Below, one piece after another: positions 1 to 12,915 of a stretch of DNA of 64,000 nucleotides. Numbering within the stretch: the stretch's first letter is position 1; every line of letters starts with the position of its first letter. Position numbers and translations under genes: made by a program. The notes beneath the pieces were generated by a model that saw nothing but the letters and a program-made list of their open reading frames with translations, did not search any database and had not been told where the DNA came from. The DNA is from Camelus ferus. Lineage: Eukaryota. The stretch is taken from contig NC_045697.1 of the NCBI RefSeq assembly GCF_009834535.1, positions 21,330,001-21,394,000 of the forward strand, read 5' to 3'.

Positions 1-113
1 ATCTCACTTTAATTTGAAAGCAAGAAATCTTACAAACAATAGTTTTATTATAAGACAATGTAAATCAAAAAATATATTTAAATTGGAATACATATTGTGA
101 GTAGAACTAGCTT

Positions 114-771
114 TGTTAGAGCAGGCAGATAGCTAGATACGAGCAGGGAAAGGGGGACACAGACCAAATGGCAGGAACTGGGCAGAAAGGAGGGGCACAG
201 GCCAAATGCAGGAAACCACACATCATGTAAGCACCAGGGGTCCCTGGGCCGAGAAAGAAAAGCAGGAAAACTTGGGCTGATAAGGGGTCACACCTTTTGA
301 GGTGATGAGCGGCCTGGAGACTGACAAACAAAAGTGAGAAAAGGCAGGAATTTCCAGTGTCTGAATGTAACCTTTTGCTCATTATGCCCTCATTTCAGTA
401 AAACTAGCTTTGCAGATTAGAAGTGCCCATCATGCACGACGCCATGACACTTCTGATCCAGACTAAATAAGGACAAAAATCCCTCCTCCTTTTGGGAAGG
501 TGAAGTTGGGATGATAATCAGGGAATACAACCCCAAACCCTTCCCTCCCCAGTGAATATTCCGCCCATTCATTTTTACACCCTATGTAACTCACTTGCCA
601 AAGAAACTCAGGGCAGCCACTCACCTGAGCCTGCCCGCTCTCCCCTGAGAGTGTACTATCCATCTTTTAACAAATTCTCACTTTACTTTTTTTTAACCAC
701 GACACCTTGTCTCTAAATTCTTTCTGGGACAGGACCAGAACCTGGAACACCAGTTGCATCTACCGGTAACA
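114..771 (+). mobile_element. ERV1-class solo LTR (MER50-like 5' end; probably a lineage-specific subfamily)
   Basis: Begins TGTTAGAGCAGGCAGATAG and ends CCGGTAACA (TG...CA termini with TGTTA/TAACA inverted ends). Flanked by gctt/tctt, a 4-bp TSD with 1 mismatch. GC-richer than the flanks, with an internal U3 tandem duplication. Confidence 0.85.
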
Positions 772-1684
772 TCTTAGTTCTTTGTTCTTTGTACTTACAT
801 ATTCCCTTTACATTATGTCTAAAGAAAATATTTTTAAAATATAAACTCTTCATATTCTAGTTCAAAAGCCATACTTGTTTCATGTAATAACATAAATGAT
901 TCCTAACAGGACGATTGTTAGTTTTGCATAATGGTTGTGAGTCTAATTTAGATAGAGGGGGGAAATTATTTTTTTTAGATCAGATGTTTTAGATCAATTT
1001 GATTGGGATTTATTTAAACTGAATAAGTGATTTTATAAGAGGCTATTCAGAGAGTTGTGTTTTACGAAAAATAAAAGGAAAAAATATTGAGAGTGCTACA
1101 TAAGGATTTGTATTTTTTCCACTTAATTTAGTAAGTATACATTTGAAGTTAGTAGAACATTTCAATACAGTAACTTTAATATCTCACACTTGTTCTTAAG
1201 TATTATTTCTATTCTTATGTATTATTGACTGTGTATTAATTACTGAACTAGGAACTACATCAGAGAGGCAAAATCCAATTTGTTCAGCAAGACAAATGCC
1301 TATCACATCACCTGCCTCAAAATAGAGGATCAGAGCAGAAAGAACAAAGAATTACATGAATACAAAGTTAATAGAATCCACTATATTTTGAAGATCAATA
1401 TTTTCTAAACTAGTCTTAATGTTTTCGATCATACACTCTTTAGAATAATGCCCAAACTATATAACCTTAGGGAATATTGTTTGTGTACATGTATGTGTAA
1501 TTATTTGTCATAATTTTAAATAATTGAGTATAATTTCTGTTGTAGTATGACTATTGACATTTTTAAATGAAGTTAACAATCACTTTCCGTATATCCAATG
1601 TAATTGACATATCAGAGTAACTTTAATACCGTGATCATACCTTTAGTCAGTGATTTTATATCATTTGTTTTCTCCTTTAACAGA

Positions 1685-1780
1685 AATCCATGCATTCTTT
1701 AAAAAGAAGTATTGGGCATCTGCTGTGCATCAGTCGTTGTTCTAAGCACTTGACCTACGTGGCAGTGGTTCCTGCCTGTG
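1685..1780 (-). mobile_element. L2 LINE 3'-end fragment
   Basis: 'aagtattgggcatctgctgtgcatcagtcgttgttctaagcacttg' resembles the reverse complement of the L2 3' end. Confidence 0.45.
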
Positions 1781-2339
1781 TGCTCCAACTCTGCACAGCT
1801 CAGCTTTCTTCTAAATATCCTATGTAAGAGGCCCAGGCAAGCACACTTTTGTTCATCTGTAAAGAACGTGCTGTTCCTATGAGTCTGAATACCGAGGAAT
1901 TTTATAAATTAGCCTAAGTTTTTAAAGACATCCCAAATATCAGTATTTTCATCCAAAAAGCTTACAATTTAGAGTCTTTTTAATTTTGGAACTTAGATCA
2001 AGTTATATTTTTTGGCTATTGTTCTGATACCATCCTATTTTGTTTTTCTTTTTCATTTTTCTTTTTATTCAGGTTGATTTTTGCCAGTTTGACTTTCATA
2101 TCACTAATGGGAGTGGGAGTTGCTTTGCGCACAAAGGAAAGGAGCTTTCTCACAGTAAAGCTTCTCTTTTTCATTAGCATCTTAGAGCTGGAAGTGCTTA
2201 TCTGGACGTTTGTCTATTTAGATAATTCACATCACTTTGGAGGCTAACAGTTGAAGATTCCCAATGCTGCAGAAACTCTGTGCCCTTTTCTGAGTTTTCA
2301 CGTGCGTTTTGATGTCAACTTCGGCCCAGCAGTCAAGAC

Positions 2340-3900
2340 GTTGCTGTTGTACCAGGACACACTCTCTCCATTTCCCTTCAGGGCTCTTGGCCACTGATCT
2401 ACCTTAGTTAACACTTTTATGACCCACTTCGTGTAGACTCTGACATTCCTTCACGTGGGCACTGATGAATGGTGTCTCACCCATTTCATCCTCATTCCTT
2501 GTACATCTCACTCTTTCCTGTGGGTCACCCCTGATGCAACTAAGCCACGATTTACCCTGAGACCTACTTGGGAACAACACATAAGCTACCAGGAAATTTT
2601 GAGAATTAAATTTCAGTGGGAAGATACTTTAGCCAATAGTTAATCAGAAGTAGGGAGTACACTCTACCTTCATCCTCCTAATGTGCTTCCCAAGATAGGG
2701 TGTATCATACAGCCTCTTAGAAGAGAGGTCTGTTAAGACTAGTGATCGTTTCTATGTGGCACCGAGTGGTAGCTAGCTCTGTAATGTTCCCCTGTGTTGG
2801 CTCTCCTTTCTTCCCTCTCTTGTCTCTCTTCTCCTCAGTGCTCCTTTTCAGAAGGAACCCATGAGGACAGGGAAAGTGCCTTCTAATAATTTCCTGGAAT
2901 GGGCCCTTGAAACTTAGACTTGAAATGGTCGACAGTGAATGAGTTTGATATGCCAGAGTATTGCATAGTTTTGAGAAAGTAGTCAAATAGCACAACGATG
3001 TGGGAGTATTTGAACAATCTTATCACATAATATCTGAAAGCTCAGCACTTGCCAGATATTTCTGGGAAGCATCAAAGACCATCTCTTCATTACAACAATA
3101 ATCAGTACCTTCATGCTGGCACCAGTGGCTGTGAGAAGCTTGGTGTTCCTGGTCTTGTGTACGTTGATTCTGGGAGATAGTCCTGTGGCCATCACTGGGG
3201 ACTGTGGGTTTCACAACGGAAGAGACCAGATAGCAGCATTTAACCATAAGTGAAAGAAAACCTAGAAATGCAATCAAGATACATTGATCTGCAGGGATAT
3301 AAGTCTAACAAATGAGAGTATTCCTAAGGGTGAAATGGACAGATAGTACATTAGGAAATAACTCACGTTGAGTAATTAAAAGAAAAAGAAATTCCACAGT
3401 AGAAATCTATTGTCTTTAACCCAATTTCTAGTTTTAAGACAGTCATAGATACAGAACTAATTGTTTCAAGAGTAGACCAGTTCACCCTGGGGAAGGACTC
3501 TATAATACCACCCAGTAGAGGTCATAATCATTACCCTGCACCTCCTGAAGGACTCGTGGACATTAACTGGGAAAATTGTATACTGGAGAAATAGACCCAG
3601 ATGAAATTTTAACTACCTTTTAAAAATGACTCTCATTTTATTCAAATAATTTCCTATTTATAGAAAAGCCAGTGAGGCTCATTTAAAAGATAGGACTGCA
3701 AGATTGAGCAGTTATTTTTGCTTGATACCATGAGGTGGCTACTTGCATAACACATCTGTGTTTGCTCACTCTCTTTCCTACTTCACTGTCCCTGGCCTTA
3801 CTCCTTTTTCTGGAATTATATCCCAATAAAGGAATTATAAAACTTATGACCCTAAGTTTTTGTATTGGGCTCTGCTTTGAGGGGAACACACCCTAAGACA
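2340..3900 (+). mobile_element. Decayed ERVL-class provirus remnant (LTR16/LTR33 group LTR ends plus gag-region internal fragment)
   Basis: 3' LTR-like end 'ggctctgctttgaggggaacacaccctaagaca' at 3900. Internal 3300-3600 resembles the ERVL gag 3' region and is homologous to 25870-26130. A weaker 5' LTR-like end lies near 2590. Confidence 0.6.
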
Positions 3901-4379
3901 ATTTACCTATACACTGAAAAGTCAGTCTGAGAGATGCTTTTTTGTGTGATTTTGCTTTGTTGGTCAACACTTACACACTCAGGATTATTTATGAAGTAAC
4001 TTTGATTATAATAATTATTATGTTTCTGGACGACCAACCATGGTGCCTCTCACTCCTCTCTCCAAAAAGTAGGGAAGCAATTCCAGCATAAGCCATCCCC
4101 TTAGTATAAGAAATATCACAGCACACCATGGGATTTACAAAGTCTTAGATGGCCCAGGCGTAGCTATCTTATGTTTATACTTTACTTCAGTCACCCAACT
4201 AATAATACAGCAATCCCCCAATGCCACTCCAACCCAACGCCACTAGACCCAAGACACAAAAGCTAGGAGGGAAATTACATGAACACACACCATCCTTGTT
4301 TCTAGTTTACTTCACCCTGCAACGTACAGTTTCCTTGGCATATGGCTATGGTTTCTTCTTTGCATGGACATCTTATTTA

Positions 4380-5170
4380 AACACAGGGATATTAATTCAA
4401 GTCTTTTTTTACAGTTCAATTTTAGATTGTTCCTTCAGGAAACATACACTTTCTTCTCTCCCTCTCTCTGTATATCTTCTCCCATTATTTAATCCCTCAA
4501 GTTTCTGCACTGGACTCCAATTCTTCTTACCTTGAATGTTTGTTTGAAATTGTTTCCTTAGTGCTTACTCTCAGCTGAATAACTCAGATACACTTCTTTC
4601 ACTGTATGCATATTCCATTTTACGTCAATGTGTATCAATATAATAGCTGAGTAAAATGTTTATCTGATAATTTTTTCTCGTCTGAGTCATCCAAAGGTTG
4701 GTCTCCTGGAATCTCTTTTTCCTTGGAGGTCGTAACTAATATTTTTACATTCACTAATAAAAAGTATCTTTAGTAAAGACATTGTAATTGTCATTTTTGT
4801 GAAGACTCTAAGTTCTAGTCTTCTGAAAAGTGTTATTTTTTGTTTGCTTGTTGGCTTTGGCAGACAATTAACTTGGTTCAATTCATTCTCAGGTGGCAGC
4901 TCGAGTCACAGTCCTGTTTTTTCATTCTTAATTAGGATGCACATAGTCTTCTTGGTGTGTACCTGGTTTGGGTGTCAGCCAAGACTGAGGCAGCACTTAA
5001 CATTTTTTTATACTCATGTTGTAATTCTTTTCAAAAATTTCCCCTAGACTTTTCATCCTTTGTTTTTGCCTGACTCTTTCCTTTAGCTCTTCAGGCCAGA
5101 AAGGCACCTATCAGAATTCTATCTGCTCAATGTTACTGTAACCCTAACCCTAAAACTAGCCAGCCACACA
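4380..5170 (-). mobile_element. Old L1M 5' region/ORF1 remnant
   Basis: 'tctgaaaagtgttattttttgtttg...ggcagacaattaacttgg' resembles antisense L1M 5' region; T-rich on the + strand. Confidence 0.4.
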
Positions 5171-5190
5171 ACCCCACTCCAATCAACTTC

Positions 5191-5476
5191 TTTTTATTTA
5201 TTTATAGGAGAGATTTATTTGAAGAAGTATTACAACATATAAAAACTACATAAAGTTTAATTTCCACTCATATAGTAGTAAATTTGATATAATGAGTAAT
5301 AAAAAAAGACTTTTAAAATCCAGAATGCACAAAGTACTGTACAGTTTGATCACCAAGTCAAATTAGTTGATAAGCAAACCTCACAGAACCGCTTCGTGTC
5401 AGCCAAGGCCACAAACACCATGTACAACACATGACAAATCGACATGTTAAAAATGCAGTATTTTTACAACAAAGTG
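5191..5476 (-). pseudogene. Processed (retrotransposed) mRNA 3'-UTR fragment; parent gene not identified
   Basis: Minus strand: UTR-like sequence, then AATAAA (+ strand tttatt 5214-5219), then an A-rich tail. Candidate TSD tcaacttcttttt (5183-5195) / tcgacatcttttt (5477-5489), and a TT/AAAA L1 endonuclease site at ~5490. Confidence 0.7.
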
Positions 5477-7091
5477 TCGACATCTTTTTTAATCTCTCCA
5501 TATTTTCCCCACATTCCTGAGAATCCTTTCCTACATAGCAGGTGTTTTCTTACTAGTCATCATGTTGTGCCATGTCTTCTGGACAACTTCAGTCCTGCTG
5601 GTTTTCAATAAAATGTGGAGCATCTAAACTGTACCACTAAGTAGGACCTGTATTTTCTTTTGCTTCCTGTAAATGATAATCCATGAAAACAACAGTGGAG
5701 ACGTTCCCAAATATTTATCTGCGAAGGAGTTACATAGAAAGAATGATTATTTGGCATAACATGGGATACCTAACATACTAAACTGAATGAGACTAGGAAA
5801 TAATTTTGCTGCTGGAAAATACAATGGGGCACTAGCTTCACCCTAAATCATCTTGTGAAAGAAAATACAGGAACTCGGTGAGAAAACAATACAGACACTA
5901 AACAGGACTATCCTCTGATATTGTCCTGACAGTGAGATAGGTCAAGGAAGAGTGAGGAATGGTGGGAAGAGACCAAAGAGAATTCCGATTATTAATTGAC
6001 TCTGGAGGGTGGCCATCTTTCTATGATGCAAGAGCTGACTGCTCATCATGATTTTTTAAAATGATAAAATAATCCATGTGAATTCTTTGGCATACTGTTT
6101 CCCCACCCCATTTTCTTCACCTTACTCTTCTCTTGATATAATTAGTCACTTTGTGTTACTAAGATGTCACTGGATGAGAGGCAATGCTCATCACTGGACG
6201 TGTTTGTGTTCCAGGTGGACAGTTCTATGTTGGGACTGTTGTGGATCCAAGGATTACAACAGGGATAAAGGAGATGAGTGATGTGCTATACGATCTTTAG
6301 CATCACTCCAAATCTGAAGTACTTTAATGCCAACATTTGTCCAGTAATGGGCAGAAGGGCCATTCTGATTTGATGTCAGACTACCACAAATGAAATTGGG
6401 AGGAGGTGTTATGTTATATGATAAATACATTTTAATGGGAAATATTATACTGAAATATCCAGATGCATTTGTATCTTATTGCAAAAGGTCAGTTTTCAAT
6501 GCCAAGCAGCTAGAGAGTCTTCTGTTAGCAGCTTTTAATTTCCTGCCTTAAGAACTGTTTTGCGTCATGGCTGCTGACACCTTTGTCTACAGTCTACTCA
6601 GGATGTAAAACAAAGTAACTCTTCCACAAACTTCTTCTCACTGTTGGAATACTCAGTTACAAGGGGTTTTCCTCCTGGGACCGAAGCAACTTTCTTCCAC
6701 TGTGATGATTTGTTCCCTCTCCGAAGCTGCACTGGGCTTGGGACCCACTCTTCCCTGGTCTCAGGATGTCAGAGAAGGAATCCTACACTCCCTCTCCCCC
6801 AAGGGCAGGCTGAGGCCCACAGTTTAATTTAAATCATGTAAACTGTAATAATTGGAAACTGCAGGGGGCCGAGACGATTTGTTAAATCTGCATACCTGTG
6901 AAGCAGAAATGGCTGAATTGTGAAAGACGAGTCCCAGACGAGGATGGCCTGTTTTACGTCGTTTGAAATGAAATCTTAGAAATCAATAATACCAGGCCAG
7001 GAGAAACACACCTGTTATAGAAAACCCCAGGATCTTAAATGGCTAGGAAAATGAGAAAAAAGAAGACCTTGGCCCCTGTTTATAAAGCAAT

Positions 7092-7150
7092 CACACACAC
7101 ACACAGAGTCATACACACAGAGACACACAAATTCATACCACACCACACCA
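7092..7150. repeat. Imperfect (CA)n microsatellite
   Basis: cacacacacacacagagtcatacacacagagacacaca. Confidence 0.8.
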
Positions 7151-10100
7151 CCCCAGTCAGGTGAACACATAGATTCCAATTTGTTATCTTTTATAGGTAA
7201 CTTGATCTTCACCTTCTCTATTTCACTTCTGGGAATAGCTAGTGATATATAATTTATAATAAAAATTGTTTCATGAAAATTCTAGGAAGACAGAGGGGAA
7301 GAAGCTGAGTTCAGAGGCTGACTGGGAGAAACGTGATTTCCCACAGAACTTTGGCACAAGAACCACAGTCAGAAGAAAAGGCAAATAATGAAGACCAACC
7401 ATACAAAGAGGAAACGTTATCTGTGAAACACTAACAAAACATGAAAAGCTGAAGACGGCATATAGCTTCATTGGGTCCAGCTTACCAAACGTGAAGTGAG
7501 GAATAAATTTTAATTAAGGGAGCATAAAAACAATAATCAGCAAACCCTTTCCAAGAGAGGTGGACGTCAAGCTAAGCGGACAGGCTGCAGTTTCTTTGGA
7601 CAAGCCTGGACAATTCAAAGAGTAAGTGGTCATTTGAGGAAGGTAAAATCCTAACCCATTGTTTGTAGTGTAGGTTGGATTTCTTGGCTGTGAACACATT
7701 TAGTGTGCATTAAATATTCTGTCTCTCAGAGACTGCCAAGTTTCTTTGGATTTATGCTCCACTGAAGAGAAACTTGGATTTATTATTTTAAAAAAGTGTG
7801 AACAGAGGTCTATACAGTGTGCTATTCAAGTTTTAGGGTAGATGGCATAGTGGACATGACTAAAATAGAAAGTAATGTCCAGAATTCCTCTTAAATATAG
7901 GGAAGTTCCAATAATCAGTAGTTAAATGTAGTGTTTATAATGGATTTTTTTTCTACTCTCATAACTTCAGTGAAGTTATGGTAAAATTCTATTTACCAAA
8001 AAGGCACTGAAATAAAATAGTTATTACAGGAGTCTTATATGGTAATTAATGTCTCATTCCAACATCAATAGATATTTCCTCAAATCATGTATCAGTTGCA
8101 AAAAACAAAATACCACTTAAAGCAATAGGTTATTATTTGATTGCAAGAAAGATAATATTTTGAAAAAGTGACTTTCAAAGCTACAATATTGTTAAAAAGA
8201 AGTTTATTGGATATTTTTACATATGATATACTTTGGCTGATCTGATTGACACGTGGATGAAAAAAGAGCTGTCACTCTTTAGTGACAAAGTAACCTGTAT
8301 TTTGGAAATCCTTTTCTTTCTTTCTTTTTTAAGTTTATTTAATTGTTTTGTGTCTAAGAGCTCCTGATAGGAAACTAATTCTTCTTGTTCTTTTTCAAAT
8401 CCTGTATTGCTTGAGGACTTTGACAAAATGTGTAATGAAGGGTTTAGTCCCCTGTAATGAATGTCATGATCCTAACAATAAGATCCAACAAACAATTTGA
8501 AGTGATGTAGTGAATGCTGACTCTGTTGTCAAGCATACACAGAGTCTGACTGGTCTAAATAATTACTGGAGTTTGGCGGAGATACAGATCACACAGCCCA
8601 CCACGATGGCACCTGCTGAGACTTGGCGCTATTTTCAAAAAAATAATAGGTTCTTCTAAAGGAATGAATGCCTTATAGTACAGTAATTGAATGCAGGCAC
8701 CAATACACTTGCTTTCTTTGTGTTCTCGAGAATCTCTTTATTTGGGGGTTGTGTTTTGTCAACCATGTTGTGTTTTAAGGAGTGCCAATTAGTCTTAGGA
8801 TTATTATTTGTTGAACCCCTTCAAAGAAGAATCACTAGTAGACATTTGGGAGATGTGTTTGTAAAGGATAAAATTTGTATGGATAATGCAGTATAATTGT
8901 TTTATTACTTAATTTATTTTATGTAGTATACACGTATGTATATATATTATGGACAAATGGTGTTGAGGCAAGTTTATGTAAACTGATTTGGGAAGAGTTT
9001 ATATATATTTTTTTCTTCTACAGTTTTGGTTATCTATCTTTTGTTGTTGTTGTTGATCTTCCTGCCTAAACTGAGCACAGTCTAGTTCTAGAAAGGAGGC
9101 AGAATAGTTAGAGTGGATAGATAACTATGACATCATACTTGGACTGCTGGAAGAAAAAACTTTTCATTTTTCTCGGTTGTCTTGAAGGACTAAAAACGCC
9201 ACAGGAAAATAACTTCTGTAGCTTATTTTATTATAAGCAAGGGGTTTGAGAGACAGAAACTTCATGATAGGACTCCAGGCACTGTCCCTGCTGGGTTATT
9301 ATTGGACATTTGAATAAATTAGACCACTGGAATCTACCAGAAATAGCACTATACCTTGAATTTCAAGAGAAGGTGTCTTTCTGTGGTTCCCAAAGTGTGA
9401 CTCATTTTTAATTACACTGCCTGATCTGAAACAAGAGGACACAAAGCTGGCACGATCTCCTGTTCAGATGGTGAGGACTAGGTCAGGTCTAGGTCTTTTA
9501 GAAAGTTTTAGGGTAGTGTCTTGAAACGCAGAAGCTGGCGGGGCGATGAGACAGCGTGGGGAGAGAGCATGTGTGCCCATCATCAAAGAGCCGAGGGATT
9601 CAGGGCAGTTCTGACTTTGCTGAATTACTTTTTATGTCACCCATTCTCCTTTCTACCTCCCAGATTTTGAAACTTTGGGCCATTCCTCTTCACTTTCTTT
9701 GTTTTCTTGTGGGGAAATGGAACTGGTTGCCAGAGTTGGGAAAGAAAAGTAGCCAGAGGTAATTTTTTTTTTCTCCTTTATTGAGTATGAAACTGCAGCA
9801 ATTCTCCTCCGAAGTGTTGTCATTATTCACACGAAAGCAATTCAGTGAGAGTTAGCAGCAGGAATTCTCCTGTAATGCCACTATTGTGCATTTCCTTACG
9901 ACTGATCATCTATCCAAAAACACTAGCAAGGTTGGCATGTGTTTTCATTAACCACCATATATTTATTTCTAGACCTCCCAAGAAAATGCAGGCCCCTCTA
10001 GGTACTGGCAAAGACCATTTAGTGTTTCATTTATTCAGAAAAAGAAAATGCACCAGTGCAAATAAAACTTCCCTTAAACCATATATTTGTTTTACTAAAG

Positions 10101-10359
10101 AACAAATCTATAGATTGATAAAATGTGTCATAGATTCATTTAAAGAATTAAGCTTTGAGTTTATTACTTTTTAAGTGAAAACATTGTATTTGGGACCATC
10201 CAAATAAAAGACTGGTTATTACTTGGGGAGATTAAGGGAGGTCAGTGTGTCTATGGCTGTAAGAGTCAATATCACTTATTCCTAAGGAATTCTCACAATA
10301 GAAAATTGGAAGATTAATTCTCAAATCAATACAGGCCGTGCACATGAGTATATAATCAT

Positions 10360-10610
10360 GGTATTTAAATAATCATTCTTATATGCCAGGTATTATTCTA
10401 AATTATATACATAATTATACCCATATGTATTATATATATGTATTAAGTATGTAATATGTATACAATTATATTTAATTTTTATTAAACCTATTCCCTATGG
10501 ATAGGGAAAATAAGGCATGTGGTAGCCAAGTCACATGGCTGGGAGGTGACAGCTGAGATTTAAGCCAATGTGTTCTAACACCACTGTTCAGGCTTTTAGC
10601 CCTATGTGAT
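10360..10610 (-). mobile_element. MIR SINE
   Basis: 'gatagggaaaataaggcatg...ccaagtcacatggctgggaggtgacagctgagatttaagcc' matches the antisense MIR core. Confidence 0.65.
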
Positions 10611-10689
10611 AGCACCTCAGAAGAAATAGCAAATTTCAATATGTACGTTAAAGTTCTCCATCTGAGTATTAGTTTAAACTATCCAAATT

Positions 10690-11350
10690 AAATTATTCAA
10701 ATTAAAACAATGATATGCCTGACAAATTTGTATTTCTAAATGGCAATATCCAATGATGGTAAATATATGGGGATATAGGTTATTTTCATGCATTAAAGTG
10801 GGTTTCTAATTTGGCTCAAACTTTTGGGAGTGCAATTTAGCAATACAAAGAAAGATTCTTTAAATATTTTCTTTGAGGAAATAATGGTACTTCTAATATT
10901 ACTTTCCAAGAAAATAATTGGAAACAAATATTTGTGTGAGAACCATGCAAACAAATATTTCTGCATTTTAACCTGCTGTGGCCATCTGCTAGAAAAGATT
11001 TTGATGTACATTTTGTTGAATGAAATATACATTTAATGATTGATATTTCTCATGAATTGTTTATAACATTGAAAATTGATAATCTACATTCTTCCAAATA
11101 TAAGATTGTTTAAAAAAACTATATTCTGTATGTAGAAGAATGGTCACATTATGTGACCATTAAAAAGTATGATGATGATGATTATAATGATGCAGGTATA
11201 TAGGTATGGAAATGGAACAATTTTTAAAATATTATTAAATAAAAATCATTAAGCAAAGTTATACAATAAAGCAGAATATATACTATGATTATAGTCTGGG
11301 ATATTTGTGATATGCATGCACATAGTATGTAAACACATACATAATCTATA
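10690..11350 (+). mobile_element. Ancient L1ME-like 3' region
   Basis: 'aatttggctcaaacttttgggagtgcaatttagcaatac' and the downstream A-rich sequence match an eroded L1 ORF2 end/3'UTR. Confidence 0.55.
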
Positions 11351-12004
11351 CCTATGAATACATACATAAAGATGATTACATTTTGGAATACATACATACA
11401 TACGTATCTAATTCTTTGTTATTGATCTCATTTTTGTCTGTATCTGGAATGATACTAATCAAAATATTCAAAGTCTTTCTGTTTTATTGGTATGCAGTTT
11501 TCTTTACCATTTGCTTTATTCAGTGGAAATGCATACAGTTTACAATGAATAAATGTGACTTAAAATATGTACATATAGACAAAGCCTTTATGTTTTTCAT
11601 TTGACTCAAAAAATATTTCTATTTCTAAGTCACATCTAGCTGCCCAAATATAGCACAGATTTTATATGGAGGAAGTTCTCCCACCAACACATAAGAAGCA
11701 TTAGTATTTGGAATACAGTGTGAAATTGATACACTTTACTAATCTGCACATAACTTTTAGTTCCAGAGCATGAAGTCTGAAAAGAGAGGGCTAGTGTTTT
11801 TACTGAGTGATACAATTATGTGTTGTTTTTTTTTTAACATTCAACAACTGTCTTGTTAACAGGCTTATCAAAAGGGAGATTAATGGTGAACTGACAATAC
11901 AGTGTCTTTCCCCAACTCATAGAAACATATGTTTCTAAATACAGATCACTAAATTACGTAGCTCAATTTTTTTAAATATATGAAATATATACATATATAT
12001 ACAC

Positions 12005-12066
12005 ACACCTAATTTTTTTTATTTTTTATTTTAATTTATTTATTTTTATTTTACACCTAATATTTT
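12005..12066 (-). mobile_element. Tail-only retrotransposon insertion with TSD
   Basis: T-rich tract flanked by acacctaatttttt (12005-12018) and acacctaatatttt (12053-12066). Confidence 0.6.
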
Positions 12067-12574
12067 GAAGACTGAAAATCTTACCCTACACATACTCAGT
12101 GAATTTTTTCCTTGTGATCAAAAATACAATCTATGAATAATTTTGTGTTTTGTTTGTGTGGCTTTTTTATCATTAATTCATGCTTTCTTCCATTATCATT
12201 AATAGTATTTAATTTTCTAATGTATGATAATGAACATTATTTGTGAAAATGGCATGGTCTTATTTGCATAGTTTAAGAAACTTTTGATAAATGGATACAA
12301 TGTCACCTACTGAGTGTGACAAGGATTTTGCTAAATAAAAGTGGACTTTTGAACAAGCATTTAAGATGAATGAATAAATATCATACTGCAATCAGTATGG
12401 GATCTTGAGGAAACTGCAAAAGAGCACCAATTAGAAAATAAATTTTAAGAAGCAATATTTATTTCTTCCTAGTTTTGTTAGTTTTATAAATTGTATCTCA
12501 AAACATAAAATCAATGTGTCAACATGAAACTTTCTCTGTTTTCACATACTGACCTTAGTATTTGCTTTGAATGC

Positions 12575-12915
12575 TGCTGTAGTCCATTTGGGCTACAATT
12601 TAAAAAAAAAAATACCACAGACTGGTGGCTTAAAAACAGCAGAAATGTATTTCTCACCCTTTTGGACACTAGAGGTCGAAGGTTAGGATGCCTGCATGGT
12701 TGCTTCTGGAAGAGCCCTCTTCAGGGTTGCAGACTTCTTGTACTTCATATGTTGGAAGTAGAGTCAGGAAGCTCCATGTGGTCTCTTTTATAAGAGAACT
12801 AACCTATCTATGCAGGCTACACCTTCATGACCTAGTAACCTCCTAACACCCCTGCATTGGGCATCAGGCTTTCAGCATGTGCATTTGGGGGAGCACAGAC
12901 ATTCACACTATAGCA
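12575..12915 (-). mobile_element. MLT1A-like MaLR solo LTR
   Basis: 'agtccatttgggctac...aataccacagactggtggcttaaaaacagcagaaatgtatttctcac...tttgggggagcacagacattcacactatagca'. Confidence 0.85.

Noticed and set aside
1395..1660. Possible hAT/Charlie DNA transposon remnant
   Set aside because: Only a vague terminal resemblance; no matching second TIR or TSD could be identified.
5139..5153. Interstitial telomeric repeat (taaccctaaccctaa)
   Set aside because: Only about two units; expected by chance.
7961..7979. loxP-like site (ATAACTTC...GAAGTTAT)
   Set aside because: Only the outer 8 bp of each arm match, with a 3-bp gap instead of the 34-bp loxP architecture; coincidental.
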